Below the pieces are notes generated by a model. That model was not told where the DNA came from. It searched no databases and worked only from the letters and a program-made list of their open reading frames with translations. 6,124 bases of DNA from a virus: IMG/VR virus record IMGVR_UViG_3300020029_000001, positions 1 through 6,124 of that record; one strand, 5' to 3'. A program made the translations under genes and the position numbers. Within the stretch, counting starts at the first letter, position 1; each line of letters begins with the position of its first letter. This document shows positions 5,741-6,124 of the stretch, piece by piece.

Positions 5741-6124
5741 TGCCTTGTTCTTCTCCCATATGGATACGTAATCGGCGCTATTTCGACAAGAAGAACCCTT
5801 GTCGTGATGGCTCCGATGTTGCTAAGTCCGCCCTGGCCCTTCGTCCCTGGGATATCGCCCGCCAGTGGCTTATGGTTCCGTGTGGAAAATGCGAAGACTG
5901 TCTGCGTCGTCAGCGTAATGATTGGTTCGTTCGGCTCGAACGCGAGCTTGCTCGTTGTAAGGCTGATAGTCTGCAGGCTATTTTTATTACAATCACGATC
6001 GCCCCAAAGTATTATAACGAGGCTCTGCTTGATCCGTCCTGGTTTATTCGAAAATTCAACGAACGCCTACGTCACAAACTCGGTCATTCGTTTAAACATG
6101 CTTTTTTCCAGGAGTTTGGTACTC
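5740..6124 (+). CDS. Microviridae replication initiator protein VP4, N-terminal part; continues through the circular junction (6003 -> 1) to 807. Full CDS = 5740..6003 + 1..807, 356 aa
   Basis: ATG at 5740 overlaps the previous stop (TAATG). Translation MPCSSPIWIRNRRYFDKKNPCRDGSDVAKSALALRPWDIARQWLMVPCGKCEDCLRRQRNDWFVRLERELARC... contains the PCGKC..C motif (5878-5901) typical of microvirus VP4. Position 6004 is in phase with position 1, so the frame stays open over the join. Confidence 0.93.
   Translation, partial: MPCSSPIWIRNRRYFDKKNPCRDGSDVAKSALALRPWDIARQWLMVPCGKCEDCLRRQRNDWFVRLERELARCKADSLQAIFITITIAPKYYNEALLDPSWFIRKFNERLRHKLGHSFKHAFFQEFGT
6004..6124. repeat. Right copy of the 121-bp terminal direct repeat (circularity overlap)
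   Basis: Exact match to 1-121; the VP4 frame continues in phase across the overlap. Confidence 0.97.

Noticed and set aside
5568-5771. 67-aa ORF bridging the 66-aa ORF and VP4
   Set aside because: TTG start and +1-frame compositional artefact; two better supported genes occupy the same bases.

Overview
The window is best read as one complete, circular, single-stranded-DNA Microviridae phage genome, linearised inside its replication gene. Bases 1-121 are repeated exactly at 6004-6124, so the unique circle is 6003 bp. All credible genes are on the + strand. Circular order: VP4 replication initiator (5740-6003 joined to 1-807, 356 aa), VP1 major capsid protein (811-2604), a 98-aa acidic ORF (2617-2913), a non-coding region dense in inverted repeats (2914-3142), a 63-aa small lipoprotein-like ORF (3143-3334), VP2 DNA pilot protein (3336-4586), three small ORFs (4667-4987, 4999-5322, 5540-5740), and a second hairpin-rich non-coding region (5323-5539) before the last of these. 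A lipobox peptide, an intergenic TTTA-N19-TATATTTG promoter-like site, and the lack of Shine-Dalgarno motifs with AT-rich leaders all point to a Bacteroidetes-type host. I see no defence system, CRISPR array, tRNA or transposon. The most interesting items are the two structured non-coding regions (candidate complementary-strand origin, packaging or terminator elements), a hydrophobic ORF nested in VP4 (candidate lysis gene, with a serious composition caveat), the small lipoprotein, and the uncharacterised small ORFs.
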